DNA of 64,000 nt from an uncultured Rhodovulum sp. (GTDB taxonomy: Bacteria > Pseudomonadota > Alphaproteobacteria > Rhodobacterales > Rhodobacteraceae), in assembly GCA_964514775.1 (NCBI GenBank), contig CAZESN010000001.1, forward strand, positions 5,224 to 69,223, given 5' to 3'. The notes under the pieces are model-generated. The model searched no databases. It saw only the letters and a program-made list of their open reading frames with translations, and was not told the DNA's origin. Below are positions 39,869 to 48,280 of the stretch, piece by piece (the first letter of the stretch is position 1; every line of letters starts with the position of its first letter). A program made the position numbers and the translations under genes.

Positions 39869-40537
39869 TCAGTCCTCCCAGGTGCAGCCCTTCGCGCGCA
39901 TCATCGCGTAGCGGTCCTCGATCTCCATGCGGCCGGAGCGGTGCATCTCGATCAGTTTCGCCTCGTCGTCCTCGCGTTTCTGGCAGGCCCGCGCAAGGGC
40001 CTGCACGTCGTTTCCGCGCACGACGACCACGCCGTCGTCGTCGCCGACGATGATGTCACCGGGCGTAATCAGCTCGCCGCCCACCACGACCGGGTGGTTG
40101 ATGGTGCCGAGCGTGTCCTTGGACGTGCCCTTGATGCAGAGGCCGAGCGAGAAGATCGGGAAGCCGGTGGCGCGCAGACCCGCGCCGTCGCGCACGCTCG
40201 CGTCGATGACGAGGCCGATGATGCCCTTGCCGATGCAGGCCGCCGCGAGCACGTCGCCGAAGCCACCCTGGGCGGGATTCTCGCCGGCGCTGACGACCAG
40301 GACGTCGCCGGGCCGGGCGAGATTGATGGCCTCGAAGATCATCAGGTTGTCGCCGATGTGGCACTTCGCGGTGATCGCCGGGCCGCAGATCTTCAGGCCG
40401 GGCTTGATCGGCTTGATGTTGTGGTCGAGCGCGCCGAGCTTGCCCTGGGCCTCGTGGATGGTCGCGGGGCTGAACTGTCCGATCGCATCGAGATCCGCCT
40501 TGGACGGGCGCGCGAAAGAACGGCGAACATGGGCCAT
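39869..40537 (-). CDS. RraA-family HMG/CHA aldolase-oxaloacetate decarboxylase
   Basis: ATIHEAQGK.GAL, GDNL, GD.LA, VRD and PGDIIVGDDDGVVVV motifs. Confidence 0.88.
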   Translation of the reverse strand: MAHVRRSFARPSKADLDAIGQFSPATIHEAQGKLGALDHNIKPIKPGLKICGPAITAKCHIGDNLMIFEAINLARPGDVLVVSAGENPAQGGFGDVLAAACIGKGIIGLVIDASVRDGAGLRATGFPIFSLGLCIKGTSKDTLGTINHPVVVGGELITPGDIIVGDDDGVVVVRGNDVQALARACQKREDDEAKLIEMHRSGRMEIEDRYAMMRAKGCTWED

Positions 40538-40841
40538 GGTATCCTCCTCCCGGGGATTTGACGTCTTTCCTGCCGTCGCGAGGTCGGCAGAACGGGTCCG
40601 GCAGGGGTGCTCCCGGCTGGCGCAAAGCTGGACGAGCCGGGGTCCCCGCGCAAATCCAAAGCCGCTATCTCACCATAGGACTTGGTGATGACCCTGCCCC
40701 GGGCGCACACCCGGGCACAGGGTGGGCACGCGTGCCCGGGTAAGGATACCGTTGAATTCACGCGGAAATCCAGAACGGCTAACCATTAGGAAAGCTTCGT
40801 TAACACGAAGTGCGGCCACATTGCGCCTGTCGCGGGACGCC

Positions 40842-41603
40842 TCAGAGCGACGCGGTGATCCCGCCGTCGACGAAGAGCGTATGCCCGTTGACGAAGCTCG
40901 AGGCGTCCGAGGCGAGGAAAACCGCCGCCCCGACCAGTTCCTCGACATTGCCCCAGCGCCCGGCGGGCGTGCGGGTCTCGAGCCATGCCGTGAACTTGGG
41001 ATCGTCGACCAGCGCCTGGTTGAGCGGCGTCTTGAAGTAGCCCGGCGCGATGGCGTTGACCTGAAGGCCGTGCCTGGCCCAGTCGGTCGCCATGCCGCGG
41101 GTGAGGTTGCGGATCGCCCCCTTGGTCGCGGTATAGGGCGCGATCCCGGGACGGGCGAGTTCGCTCTGCACCGAGGCGATGTTGACGATCTTGCCGCGTC
41201 CGCGGGGGATCATTTTCCGCGCCACTGCCTGGCCGGTGTAGAAGGCGCTCGAGATGTTGGTCTCGAGAAGCTGCTTCCACTTGTCGTGGGGATAGTCCTC
41301 GAGCGGCGTGCGGAACTGCATCCCGGCGTTGTTGATCAGGATATCGATGGGACCGAAATCGCGCTCGACGGCCTCGACGCCCGCGGCAACGGCATCGGCG
41401 TCGGTCACGTCGAAGGGCGCGGCATAGGTCGCCGCCGGGTCCGGCATCGCCGCCACGGCCTCGGCGAGCCGGCCGGCATCGCGGCCGTTCATCGCCACGC
41501 GCGCGCCATGCGCCGCCAGCCCCTGCGCCAGCGCGCGGCCGATCCCGAGGCTCGATCCCGTGATCAGCGCGACGCGCCCGGACAAGTCAAAGAGGGTAGT
41601 CAC
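40842..41603 (-). CDS. idnO: gluconate 5-dehydrogenase (SDR)
   Basis: LFDLSGRVALITGSSLGIG, NNAGMQFR, SVQSELARPGIAPYTATK, NAIAPGYF and RTPAGRWG motifs; GTG start 41603. Confidence 0.87.
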   Translation of the reverse strand: MTTLFDLSGRVALITGSSLGIGRALAQGLAAHGARVAMNGRDAGRLAEAVAAMPDPAATYAAPFDVTDADAVAAGVEAVERDFGPIDILINNAGMQFRTPLEDYPHDKWKQLLETNISSAFYTGQAVARKMIPRGRGKIVNIASVQSELARPGIAPYTATKGAIRNLTRGMATDWARHGLQVNAIAPGYFKTPLNQALVDDPKFTAWLETRTPAGRWGNVEELVGAAVFLASDASSFVNGHTLFVDGGITASL

Positions 41604-41628
41604 TGCATTCTCCTTATATCTGGCACCA

Positions 41629-42618
41629 TCATGTCGGCACCGCCAGACGCTTGCGGCCCGTCCGGCCATTGCCGGGTGGATCCACCCGCCGCACCCCGCG
41701 GTCGCCATGCTCGGCCGCATAGCGATGCGCAAGCTCGGAAAGGATGTCACGCACCGCCTGGCCCGGCTCCGAGAGCGGGAACTGCTGCGACGTGCTGAGC
41801 GAGATCTTGACGGGGATGTTCGGCGCGGTGATCCGTCGCGCGGCCACGTCCGGGGCGCCTTCGATGATCGCCGAGGCGGCCGACCATGGCAGAATGGTCG
41901 AACCGAGGCCCGCGCGCACCGCAAGCCCTAGCGTGGGCACGGATTCGATTTCGGCGATCACCCGCGCCTCGACGCCGACCCGGCGGAAGGTGAGGTCGAC
42001 GAGCTGGCGCACGACATGGATCGTCCGGGGCATCATCAGGTCCATCGTCGCGACCTGGGCAAAGGGAATGGTCTCGTCGTCGACCCCGTCGGGCAGGGCC
42101 GACTGGGGGCAGACGAGGAAGAGATCCTCGCTCAGCACCGGCTCGAAATCCATGCCGCGCATCGCGCCGGGATCATAGATGAAGGCGAGATCCCAGCGGC
42201 CTGTCATGATCATCTCGCTGATGACGCCGCCGATGTTCTCGTGGATCTGCAGGACGATGTTGGGATAGCGCTCGCGCACCGTCTGGAGGAGCGGCAGGGC
42301 AAGCGTGCTGGCCGTGCTGAGCGGGGCGAGCCCGACGGCGACCTGCCCGGAGACCATGGACCCGTCGACGCGGATGTCGGCGACGGCCTGGTCTAGCTGG
42401 CGCAGGATCACCTGGGCATGCTTGTAGAGGAGGCGGCCGGCCTCGGTCGGCATGACGCCGCTCTTGGAGCGGACGAGCAGCTTTCGCTTGAAATGCGTTT
42501 CCAGCGCGGCAACCTGCTGGCTCAGGGCCGGCTGTGCGACGTGGAGGATGGCGGCCGCGCGCGTGAAGCTTCCAATGTCGACGATTTTTATGAAGGCATG
42601 AAGCCGACGAGTATCCAG
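41629..42618 (-). CDS. LysR regulator, Nac-like; probable CTG start
   Basis: The ORF track starts at 42453, but the frame stays open upstream and encodes the full HTH LDTRRLHAFIKIVDIGSFTRAAAILHVAQPALSQQ. Only CTG codons (42618/42621) follow GGAAAGGT, and an in-frame TAG lies further upstream. Confidence 0.88.
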   Translation of the reverse strand: MDTRRLHAFIKIVDIGSFTRAAAILHVAQPALSQQVAALETHFKRKLLVRSKSGVMPTEAGRLLYKHAQVILRQLDQAVADIRVDGSMVSGQVAVGLAPLSTASTLALPLLQTVRERYPNIVLQIHENIGGVISEMIMTGRWDLAFIYDPGAMRGMDFEPVLSEDLFLVCPQSALPDGVDDETIPFAQVATMDLMMPRTIHVVRQLVDLTFRRVGVEARVIAEIESVPTLGLAVRAGLGSTILPWSAASAIIEGAPDVAARRITAPNIPVKISLSTSQQFPLSEPGQAVRDILSELAHRYAAEHGDRGVRRVDPPGNGRTGRKRLAVPT

Positions 42619-42795
42619 CAGACTTACCTTTCCCGACTCAGCGGCCGACGCGCGGAACTGCTAGCGCATGCGCGGGCCGGAGTCGCATTGTATCAACCTC
42701 TGTCGTCATTGTGAGTCCGTCTGACTCTCCCGCTTTCCGCCATGCTAGGCCATCAAGCTGATTTTGGCATGCCGACTTCCGGATGTGATTTTTCC

Positions 42796-43200
42796 ATGGA
42801 TCTCCCGCACCTGAAAAAGCTCATGGACTGGGCCGCACGCGCGCCCATCCGCGAAATCGAGATCGTGGAGGGCGACACCCGGATCCATCTGGTGAAGGGC
42901 GATGTCGCGGCCGTGGCCGTGCCGGATGCCGGGCCGTCGCCGGCAGAGGATACGCGCGGCCTCGTCACCAGCCCGCTGCCGGGCGTGTTCTATCTCCGGG
43001 CCGCACCGGACGCGCCGCCCTTCGTCGAGGTCGGCCGCGCGGTCGAGGCCGGCCAGACCGTCGGGCTGGTCGAGGCGATGAAGATGTTCAACGCGGTGAC
43101 CTGCGACGCCAGCGGGACGGTCGCCGAGATACTCGTCGAGGCGGGCCAGGAAGTCGTCGCCGGTCAGCCGCTGATGCGCCTGAGCGGGGCCGGGACATGA
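42796..43200 (+). CDS. accB: biotin carboxyl carrier protein (intact)
   Basis: SPLPGVFY..P.APPFV.VG and EAMKM biotinylation motif. Confidence 0.9.
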   Translation: MDLPHLKKLMDWAARAPIREIEIVEGDTRIHLVKGDVAAVAVPDAGPSPAEDTRGLVTSPLPGVFYLRAAPDAPPFVEVGRAVEAGQTVGLVEAMKMFNAVTCDASGTVAEILVEAGQEVVAGQPLMRLSGAGT

Positions 43201-44570
43201 GCGAGGCAGAAGGCCGGCCGTTCGACACGGTCCTGATCGCGAACCGAGGCGAGATAGCCGCGCGCATCCTGCGGGCCTGCCGCAGCCTCGGCCTCCGGAC
43301 GGTCGCGGCGCATTCGACGGCCGATCGGGGTGCCTCCTATGTCGCCGAGGCGGATCAGGCGATCTGCATCGGGCCGGCGCCGACGGCACAGTCCTATCTT
43401 AACGGCGACGCGCTGATCCTCGCCGCCCAGCTGACCGGCGCGGGGGCGATCCATCCCGGCTACGGCTTCCTGTCCGAGAACGCGGGCTTTGCCCGTGCGG
43501 TCGAGGAGGCGGGGCTCGTCTTCGTCGGCCCCCCCGCCGCGGCGATCGAGACGATGGGCGACAAGGTCGCGGCCAAGCGGGCGATGCTCGCCGCCGGCGT
43601 GCCCTGCGTGCCCGGCTCGGAGGGGGCATTGCCGGAGGATCCGGCGGCGGTGATGGAGATCGCGGCCGGGGTGGGCTATCCGCTCCTGATCAAGGCGGCG
43701 GGCGGCGGCGGCGGACGCGGCATGCGCGTCGTGCGCGCCGTCGACGAACTTGCCACCGCGGTCGGCGCGACGCGCGAGGAGGCCGGGCGCTATTTCGGCA
43801 ACCGCGATGTCTACATGGAGAAGTTCCTCGGCGCGCCGCGGCATGTCGAGATCCAGGTGATCTGCGACCGCTACGGCGATGCCGTGTTCCTCGGCGAGCG
43901 CGATTGCTCGATGCAGCGCCGGCACCAGAAGCTGATCGAGGAGGCACCGGCCCCGGGCATCGACCGGGCCGAGATCGCGGCGCTGGGCGCGCTCTGCGTC
44001 GAGGCCTGCCGCGCGATCGGCTATGTCGGCGCGGGGACGTTCGAGTTCCTCTACGAGGACGGGCGGTTTCATTTCATCGAGATGAACACCCGCCTCCAGG
44101 TCGAGCATCCGGTGACCGAAGCGATCACCGGCATCGACATTGTGGCGCTGCAGCTGCGCATCGCCCTCGGGGAGCCGCTGAACCTGACGCAGGCCGACAT
44201 CTCGGTCGCCGGCCATGCGATCGAGTGCCGGATCAACGCCGAGGATCCGTCGAGCTTCGAGGCGCGGCCGGGTACGGTCGGGGCGATCACCCTGCCCCGC
44301 GGCGAGGGCGTCCGCGTCGACACCCATCTGCGGGACGGAAGTGTTGTGCCCCCGCATTACGACTCGCTCGTCGCCAAGCTGATCGTCCACGCCGACACGC
44401 GCGAGGCGGCGCTGGCGCGCCTCGGTCGCGCGCTGGCGGAGATGTCGATCGACGGGATCGTCACCAACCTGCCGTTGCACCGCGAGCTGATCGCGGCGCC
44501 GGGTTTCGCGGCGGGCGGCGTCGATATCCATCACCTCGAGCACTGGCTGGCGGAGCGGCGGGACGCATGA
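43197..44570 (+). CDS. accC: biotin carboxylase
   Basis: LIANRGEIA, HPGYGFLSEN, GGGGRGM, ERDCSMQRRHQK, EMNTRLQVEH and ECRINAED motifs. Confidence 0.94.
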   Translation: MSEAEGRPFDTVLIANRGEIAARILRACRSLGLRTVAAHSTADRGASYVAEADQAICIGPAPTAQSYLNGDALILAAQLTGAGAIHPGYGFLSENAGFARAVEEAGLVFVGPPAAAIETMGDKVAAKRAMLAAGVPCVPGSEGALPEDPAAVMEIAAGVGYPLLIKAAGGGGGRGMRVVRAVDELATAVGATREEAGRYFGNRDVYMEKFLGAPRHVEIQVICDRYGDAVFLGERDCSMQRRHQKLIEEAPAPGIDRAEIAALGALCVEACRAIGYVGAGTFEFLYEDGRFHFIEMNTRLQVEHPVTEAITGIDIVALQLRIALGEPLNLTQADISVAGHAIECRINAEDPSSFEARPGTVGAITLPRGEGVRVDTHLRDGSVVPPHYDSLVAKLIVHADTREAALARLGRALAEMSIDGIVTNLPLHRELIAAPGFAAGGVDIHHLEHWLAERRDA

Positions 44571-45250
44571 AGGACAGCGTGAGCCTCCTTCCCGCGGGCG
44601 AGGTCGCCCGGTGCAGCCTGCTCGGGACCACGGCGATGATCTTCGACCCGCAGGGTCCGCTCGACGTCGAGATGCAGCGCCGCATCTGGGACCTGTCAGA
44701 CCGGGCGGCGACCTGGCCCGAGACTGCCGAAGCCGTGCCCGGGGTCACCAATCTCATGCTGATCTTCGAGCGCCCGCCGGCGGAGCCCGAGGAGATCGCC
44801 GCGCGCCTGCTGCGCGCCTGGGAGGCCGGCAGCAACAGCCCGCGGCAGGGCCGCCACATGGACGTCCCGATCATTTACGGCGGTGATGGCGGCCCGCATC
44901 TGGCCGATGTCGCCGCACAGACCGGCCTCTCGATCGACGAGGTGGTCGAGATCCATGCGGCGCCTCTCTACACCGTCTTCGCGATCGGCAGTCATCCGGG
45001 CTATTGCTATCTCGGCGGCCTCGACGCCCGGCTGTTCGTTCCGCGCCGCGAGGTGCCGCTCCTGAGCATCCCGAAGGGATCGCTGTCGGTCGCGGGGATG
45101 CAGACCGGCGTCGCCGCCTCGGCCGGCCCGAGCGGCTGGCACACGATCGGCTGGTCGGGGATCGATTTCTTCGACCCCGAGCGGGTGCCGCCGTCGCTGC
45201 TGCATCCGGGCGATACCATGCGCTTCCATGTCGAGAAGGTGATCCGGTGA
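44567..45250 (+). CDS. pxpB: PxpB/AHS1-family subunit (second copy)
   Basis: VPGVTNLML, IYGG, HPGYCYLGGLD and GPSGWHTIG..FFDP..LLHPGD motifs; ATGA-coupled to accC. Confidence 0.88.
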   Translation: MKDSVSLLPAGEVARCSLLGTTAMIFDPQGPLDVEMQRRIWDLSDRAATWPETAEAVPGVTNLMLIFERPPAEPEEIAARLLRAWEAGSNSPRQGRHMDVPIIYGGDGGPHLADVAAQTGLSIDEVVEIHAAPLYTVFAIGSHPGYCYLGGLDARLFVPRREVPLLSIPKGSLSVAGMQTGVAASAGPSGWHTIGWSGIDFFDPERVPPSLLHPGDTMRFHVEKVIR

Positions 45251-46221
45251 TAACCATCGTTGAGGCGCACGGGCCGGTGACGGTGCAGGATCTCGGCTGG
45301 CAGGGCTGGTACCGCGACGGTGTGGGGCGGTCGGGGGCGATGGACAGACTCGCCCTGATGCTCGGCAACGTGCTGCTCGGCAACGACGAGGGTGCTGCCG
45401 CGATCGAGGTGCCGCTCACGCCCTTCCGCCTGCGGTTCGACGCAGAGGTCAATTTTGCGGTGACCGGCGCGGATTGCGGTGCGACGCTCGACGGCCGTGC
45501 GCTGCCGCCCTACTGGGCCGGGCATGCCCGTGCCGGTCAGGAACTGCGACTCGGGCCGGTGCGCTCGGGGGGATTTGCCTATGTGGCAGTCGCGGGCGGG
45601 ATCGACGTGCCTACCGCGCTCGGCGGGCGGAGCACGCATCTGCGCGGCGCCTTCGGCGGGTTTGAGGGCCGGCGGCTGCATGCGGGGGACGTGCTGCCCG
45701 CGGGAACGGCGGCAAGCGCCCTGCCCGCCGGCGGCATCGGAACCCTGCCGCTTCCGCTCGGCATGGCCGGGGACGGGGCCATAGCCCTGCGCGCGCTGCC
45801 TGCGAGCGAATACGATCGCTACCTGCACGAGGATCAGGCCCGGTTCTGGGACGAGACCTGGACGGTGACGGCGCAGAGCAACCGGACCGGCTACCGGCTC
45901 GACGGGCCGGTGCTGCGGATGCGCGAGCGGCTGGAGATGCGCTCGCACGGGATCGTCCCGGGTATCGTCCAGGTGCCCTCGGGCGGCACGCCGATCATCC
46001 AGCTTGCCGATGCCGCGACCATGGGCGGCTATCCCAAGATCGCGACGGTGATCGAGGCCGACCTGTGGCGTCTGGGACAGATGCGGGCCGGGCAGAAGCT
46101 GAGGTTCGTGCCCGTCGGCTACGGCGAGGCGGTGCGCGCGCTCGATGAATTGAACGCCCATGTCGCGGACTGCCGCAGGCAGGTCGCCATGGCCAGACGG
46201 TCGCTGGAGAAACTGCAATGA
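45247..46221 (+). CDS. pxpC: PxpC/AHS2-family subunit (second copy)
   Basis: TVQDLG, GAMD, GGIDVP..LGGRST, SNRTGYRL and VQVPSGG.PII...DAATMGGYPK motifs; GTGA-coupled. Confidence 0.9.
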   Translation: MITIVEAHGPVTVQDLGWQGWYRDGVGRSGAMDRLALMLGNVLLGNDEGAAAIEVPLTPFRLRFDAEVNFAVTGADCGATLDGRALPPYWAGHARAGQELRLGPVRSGGFAYVAVAGGIDVPTALGGRSTHLRGAFGGFEGRRLHAGDVLPAGTAASALPAGGIGTLPLPLGMAGDGAIALRALPASEYDRYLHEDQARFWDETWTVTAQSNRTGYRLDGPVLRMRERLEMRSHGIVPGIVQVPSGGTPIIQLADAATMGGYPKIATVIEADLWRLGQMRAGQKLRFVPVGYGEAVRALDELNAHVADCRRQVAMARRSLEKLQ

Positions 46222-46607
46222 CCGAGCCCGACACGGATCTTCTCGACACGCTTGTCGCCTGGATGCGCAAGGGGGGCTTCGTTTCGCTCACCTATGCGGA
46301 TGGCGGCTCCCGGATCACCCTGAAGCTGGCCGAGGGCGAGGCAACCCGTGCGGCGCGACCGGCGCGGACCGTATCGAGCCCGGCGCTCGGGCGGCTGCTC
46401 CTGCGCCATCCGATGGCATCCGAGCCGCTTGCCGCCGCCGGGTCACGCGTCGCGGCCGGCGATATCCTCGCCCTCCTCGAGGCGGGCAACGTGCTGATCC
46501 CGGTCGAGGCGCCCTGCGACGGGATCGTGCTGCGGCTGCTGGCCGCGGAGGGCGACGTGATCGGGTTCGACGATCCGCTTCTCGAGATCGAACCGCTGGA
46601 GGCCTGA
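46218..46607 (+). CDS. BCCP-like biotin/lipoyl-fold protein lacking the biotinylated lysine
   Basis: Aligns by eye with AccB (VSSPALG...G.RV.AGD...EAGNV...V.AP.DG.V......G....F..PL), but EAMKM is replaced by EAGNV. Confidence 0.8.
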   Translation: MTEPDTDLLDTLVAWMRKGGFVSLTYADGGSRITLKLAEGEATRAARPARTVSSPALGRLLLRHPMASEPLAAAGSRVAAGDILALLEAGNVLIPVEAPCDGIVLRLLAAEGDVIGFDDPLLEIEPLEA

Positions 46608-46608
46608 C

Positions 46609-47373
46609 ATGCAGATCGACATCAACGCCGACCTCGGCGAGGGCTTCGGCCCCTATCGGATGGCCGACGACGCGGCGCTCTTCCCGCTCATCACCTCGGC
46701 GAACGTCGCCTGCGGCTTCCATGCGGGCGATCCGACCACGATGGATCGCACCGTCGGGCTGGCCCGGGACCATGGCGTCGCGCTCGGCGCGCATGTGGGC
46801 TATGCCGACCGTGTCGGGTTCGGCCGGCGGCAGATGGACGTGGCGCCGCTCGATCTGCGCAACGACATCCTCTACCAGCTCGGCGCGCTCGACGCGCTGG
46901 CGCGCGTTCACGGGATGCGGATCGGCCACATGAGCGGGCACGGCGCGCTCGGCAACCTCGCCAGCGCCGACCGCAGGATCGCGGACACGCTGGTCGGCGC
47001 CGGCCTTGCCTTCGATCCGGAGATGGCGTTCCTCGCCATGAGCGGCACCGTGCTCGACACGGCGGTCCGCGAGGCCGGGGCGCGGGTGGTAAACATCTTC
47101 CTCGCGGACCGCGCCTACACGCCTGAAGGCCAGCTTGTTCCGCGCGCCCGCCCGGGCGCGGTGATCCATGACCTTGGCACCGTCGGGGCGCGGGTCGCCC
47201 GCGTCATGCGCGAGGGCACGGTCGAGACCATTGAGGGCACGGTGCTGCCGGTCACCGCCCGGTCGGTGCTCGTCCATTCCGACACCGCCAACGCGCTCGA
47301 GATCGCGCACACGATCCGCGCCGCCATTTCCGATGCGGGCGGCCAGCCCACGTCGCTGACCAAGCTCATCTGA
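46609..47373 (+). CDS. pxpA: PxpA/LamB/YcsF-family subunit (second copy)
   Basis: IDINADLGEGFG, ANVACGFHAGDP, GFGRR, ADRAY and VHSDT motifs. Confidence 0.92.
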   Translation: MQIDINADLGEGFGPYRMADDAALFPLITSANVACGFHAGDPTTMDRTVGLARDHGVALGAHVGYADRVGFGRRQMDVAPLDLRNDILYQLGALDALARVHGMRIGHMSGHGALGNLASADRRIADTLVGAGLAFDPEMAFLAMSGTVLDTAVREAGARVVNIFLADRAYTPEGQLVPRARPGAVIHDLGTVGARVARVMREGTVETIEGTVLPVTARSVLVHSDTANALEIAHTIRAAISDAGGQPTSLTKLI

Positions 47374-47402
47374 GCAAGACGCATACAAGCAAGGAGCCTA
47401 TC

Positions 47403-48158
47403 ATGCCCGCTTCCGACTATCGCACCGCGCTCGTCACCGGCGCGTCCACGGGCCTTGGGCGTGCCATCGCCACGCGGCTGGCGGCAGAGGGGCTGACCGT
47501 CCACGCCGTCGCCCGCAATGCCGAGGCGCTCGCCGAGCTCGCCGCCGCGACGGGGGCCATTCCCCACACGCTCGACGTCACCGACACGAAGGCGCTGACG
47601 GAGCTGGTCGGCGGGCTCGAGATCGACGTGCTCGTCAACAATGCCGGCGTTTCGCGCCCCGGCAACATCCTCACCTCCGAGGCCTTCGACATCGACGAGC
47701 AGATCGACGTGAACCTGCGGGCCGCCATGCACCTCGCCCGCCTGCTGCTGCCGGGGATGATCGCGCGCAACAACGGCCACATCTTCAACATCACCTCGAT
47801 CGCGGGGCATTACGAGTTCGAGGGCCACACGGCCTATCACGCGACCAAGGCGGCCATGCACGTCGTCTCGCGCCAGCTGCGCGTCGATGCCTATGGCCAC
47901 GACGTCCGCGTCACCGAGGTCTCGCCCGGCCGGGTCAGCACCGACATCTTCGCCAAGGTCCACAAGGTCGACCCGAAGGTTGCCGCGGCGCAGTTCATCG
48001 ACGATTACGACCTGCCCGCCCCGTCGGACATCGCCGACGCGATCGCCTATGCGCTGGGCACGCCCCGCCATGTGAATGTCGGGATGATCGAGATCATGCC
48101 GACCCGTCAGGTGCCGGGCGGCCTGCGCACCGGGAAGCGCGGCGACGCCAACCCATAG
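47403..48158 (+). CDS. SDR oxidoreductase (YdfG-like)
   Basis: TGASTGLG, NNAG, SIAG, YHATK and P.HVNV..IEIMPT.Q motifs. Confidence 0.9.
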   Translation: MPASDYRTALVTGASTGLGRAIATRLAAEGLTVHAVARNAEALAELAAATGAIPHTLDVTDTKALTELVGGLEIDVLVNNAGVSRPGNILTSEAFDIDEQIDVNLRAAMHLARLLLPGMIARNNGHIFNITSIAGHYEFEGHTAYHATKAAMHVVSRQLRVDAYGHDVRVTEVSPGRVSTDIFAKVHKVDPKVAAAQFIDDYDLPAPSDIADAIAYALGTPRHVNVGMIEIMPTRQVPGGLRTGKRGDANP

Positions 48159-48280
48159 GTGTTTGCTGTCACATCATAACGAGTCAGTCTGTCGTTCTCG
48201 GGTCTCACGGTTGTTATGGTCTCGCGCTTACGGGACCGGAGATTGCGGTGTCCGTTTCGCAGGGTGGAGGTAGAAAACAC

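Noticed and set aside
41629-42453. LysR apparently lacking its HTH
   Set aside because: The HTH is present in frame upstream; this is an ORF-caller artefact of a CTG start.
42622-42795. Guanidine (ykkC) riboswitch ahead of the carboxylase-like operon
   Set aside because: No recognisable guanidine-I/II/III elements by eye, and the gap is a short divergent promoter. An Infernal search would settle it.
42796-44570. Housekeeping fatty-acid accBC
   Set aside because: Translationally coupled to pxpB/pxpC in an accessory catabolic context, so the symbols denote family only.
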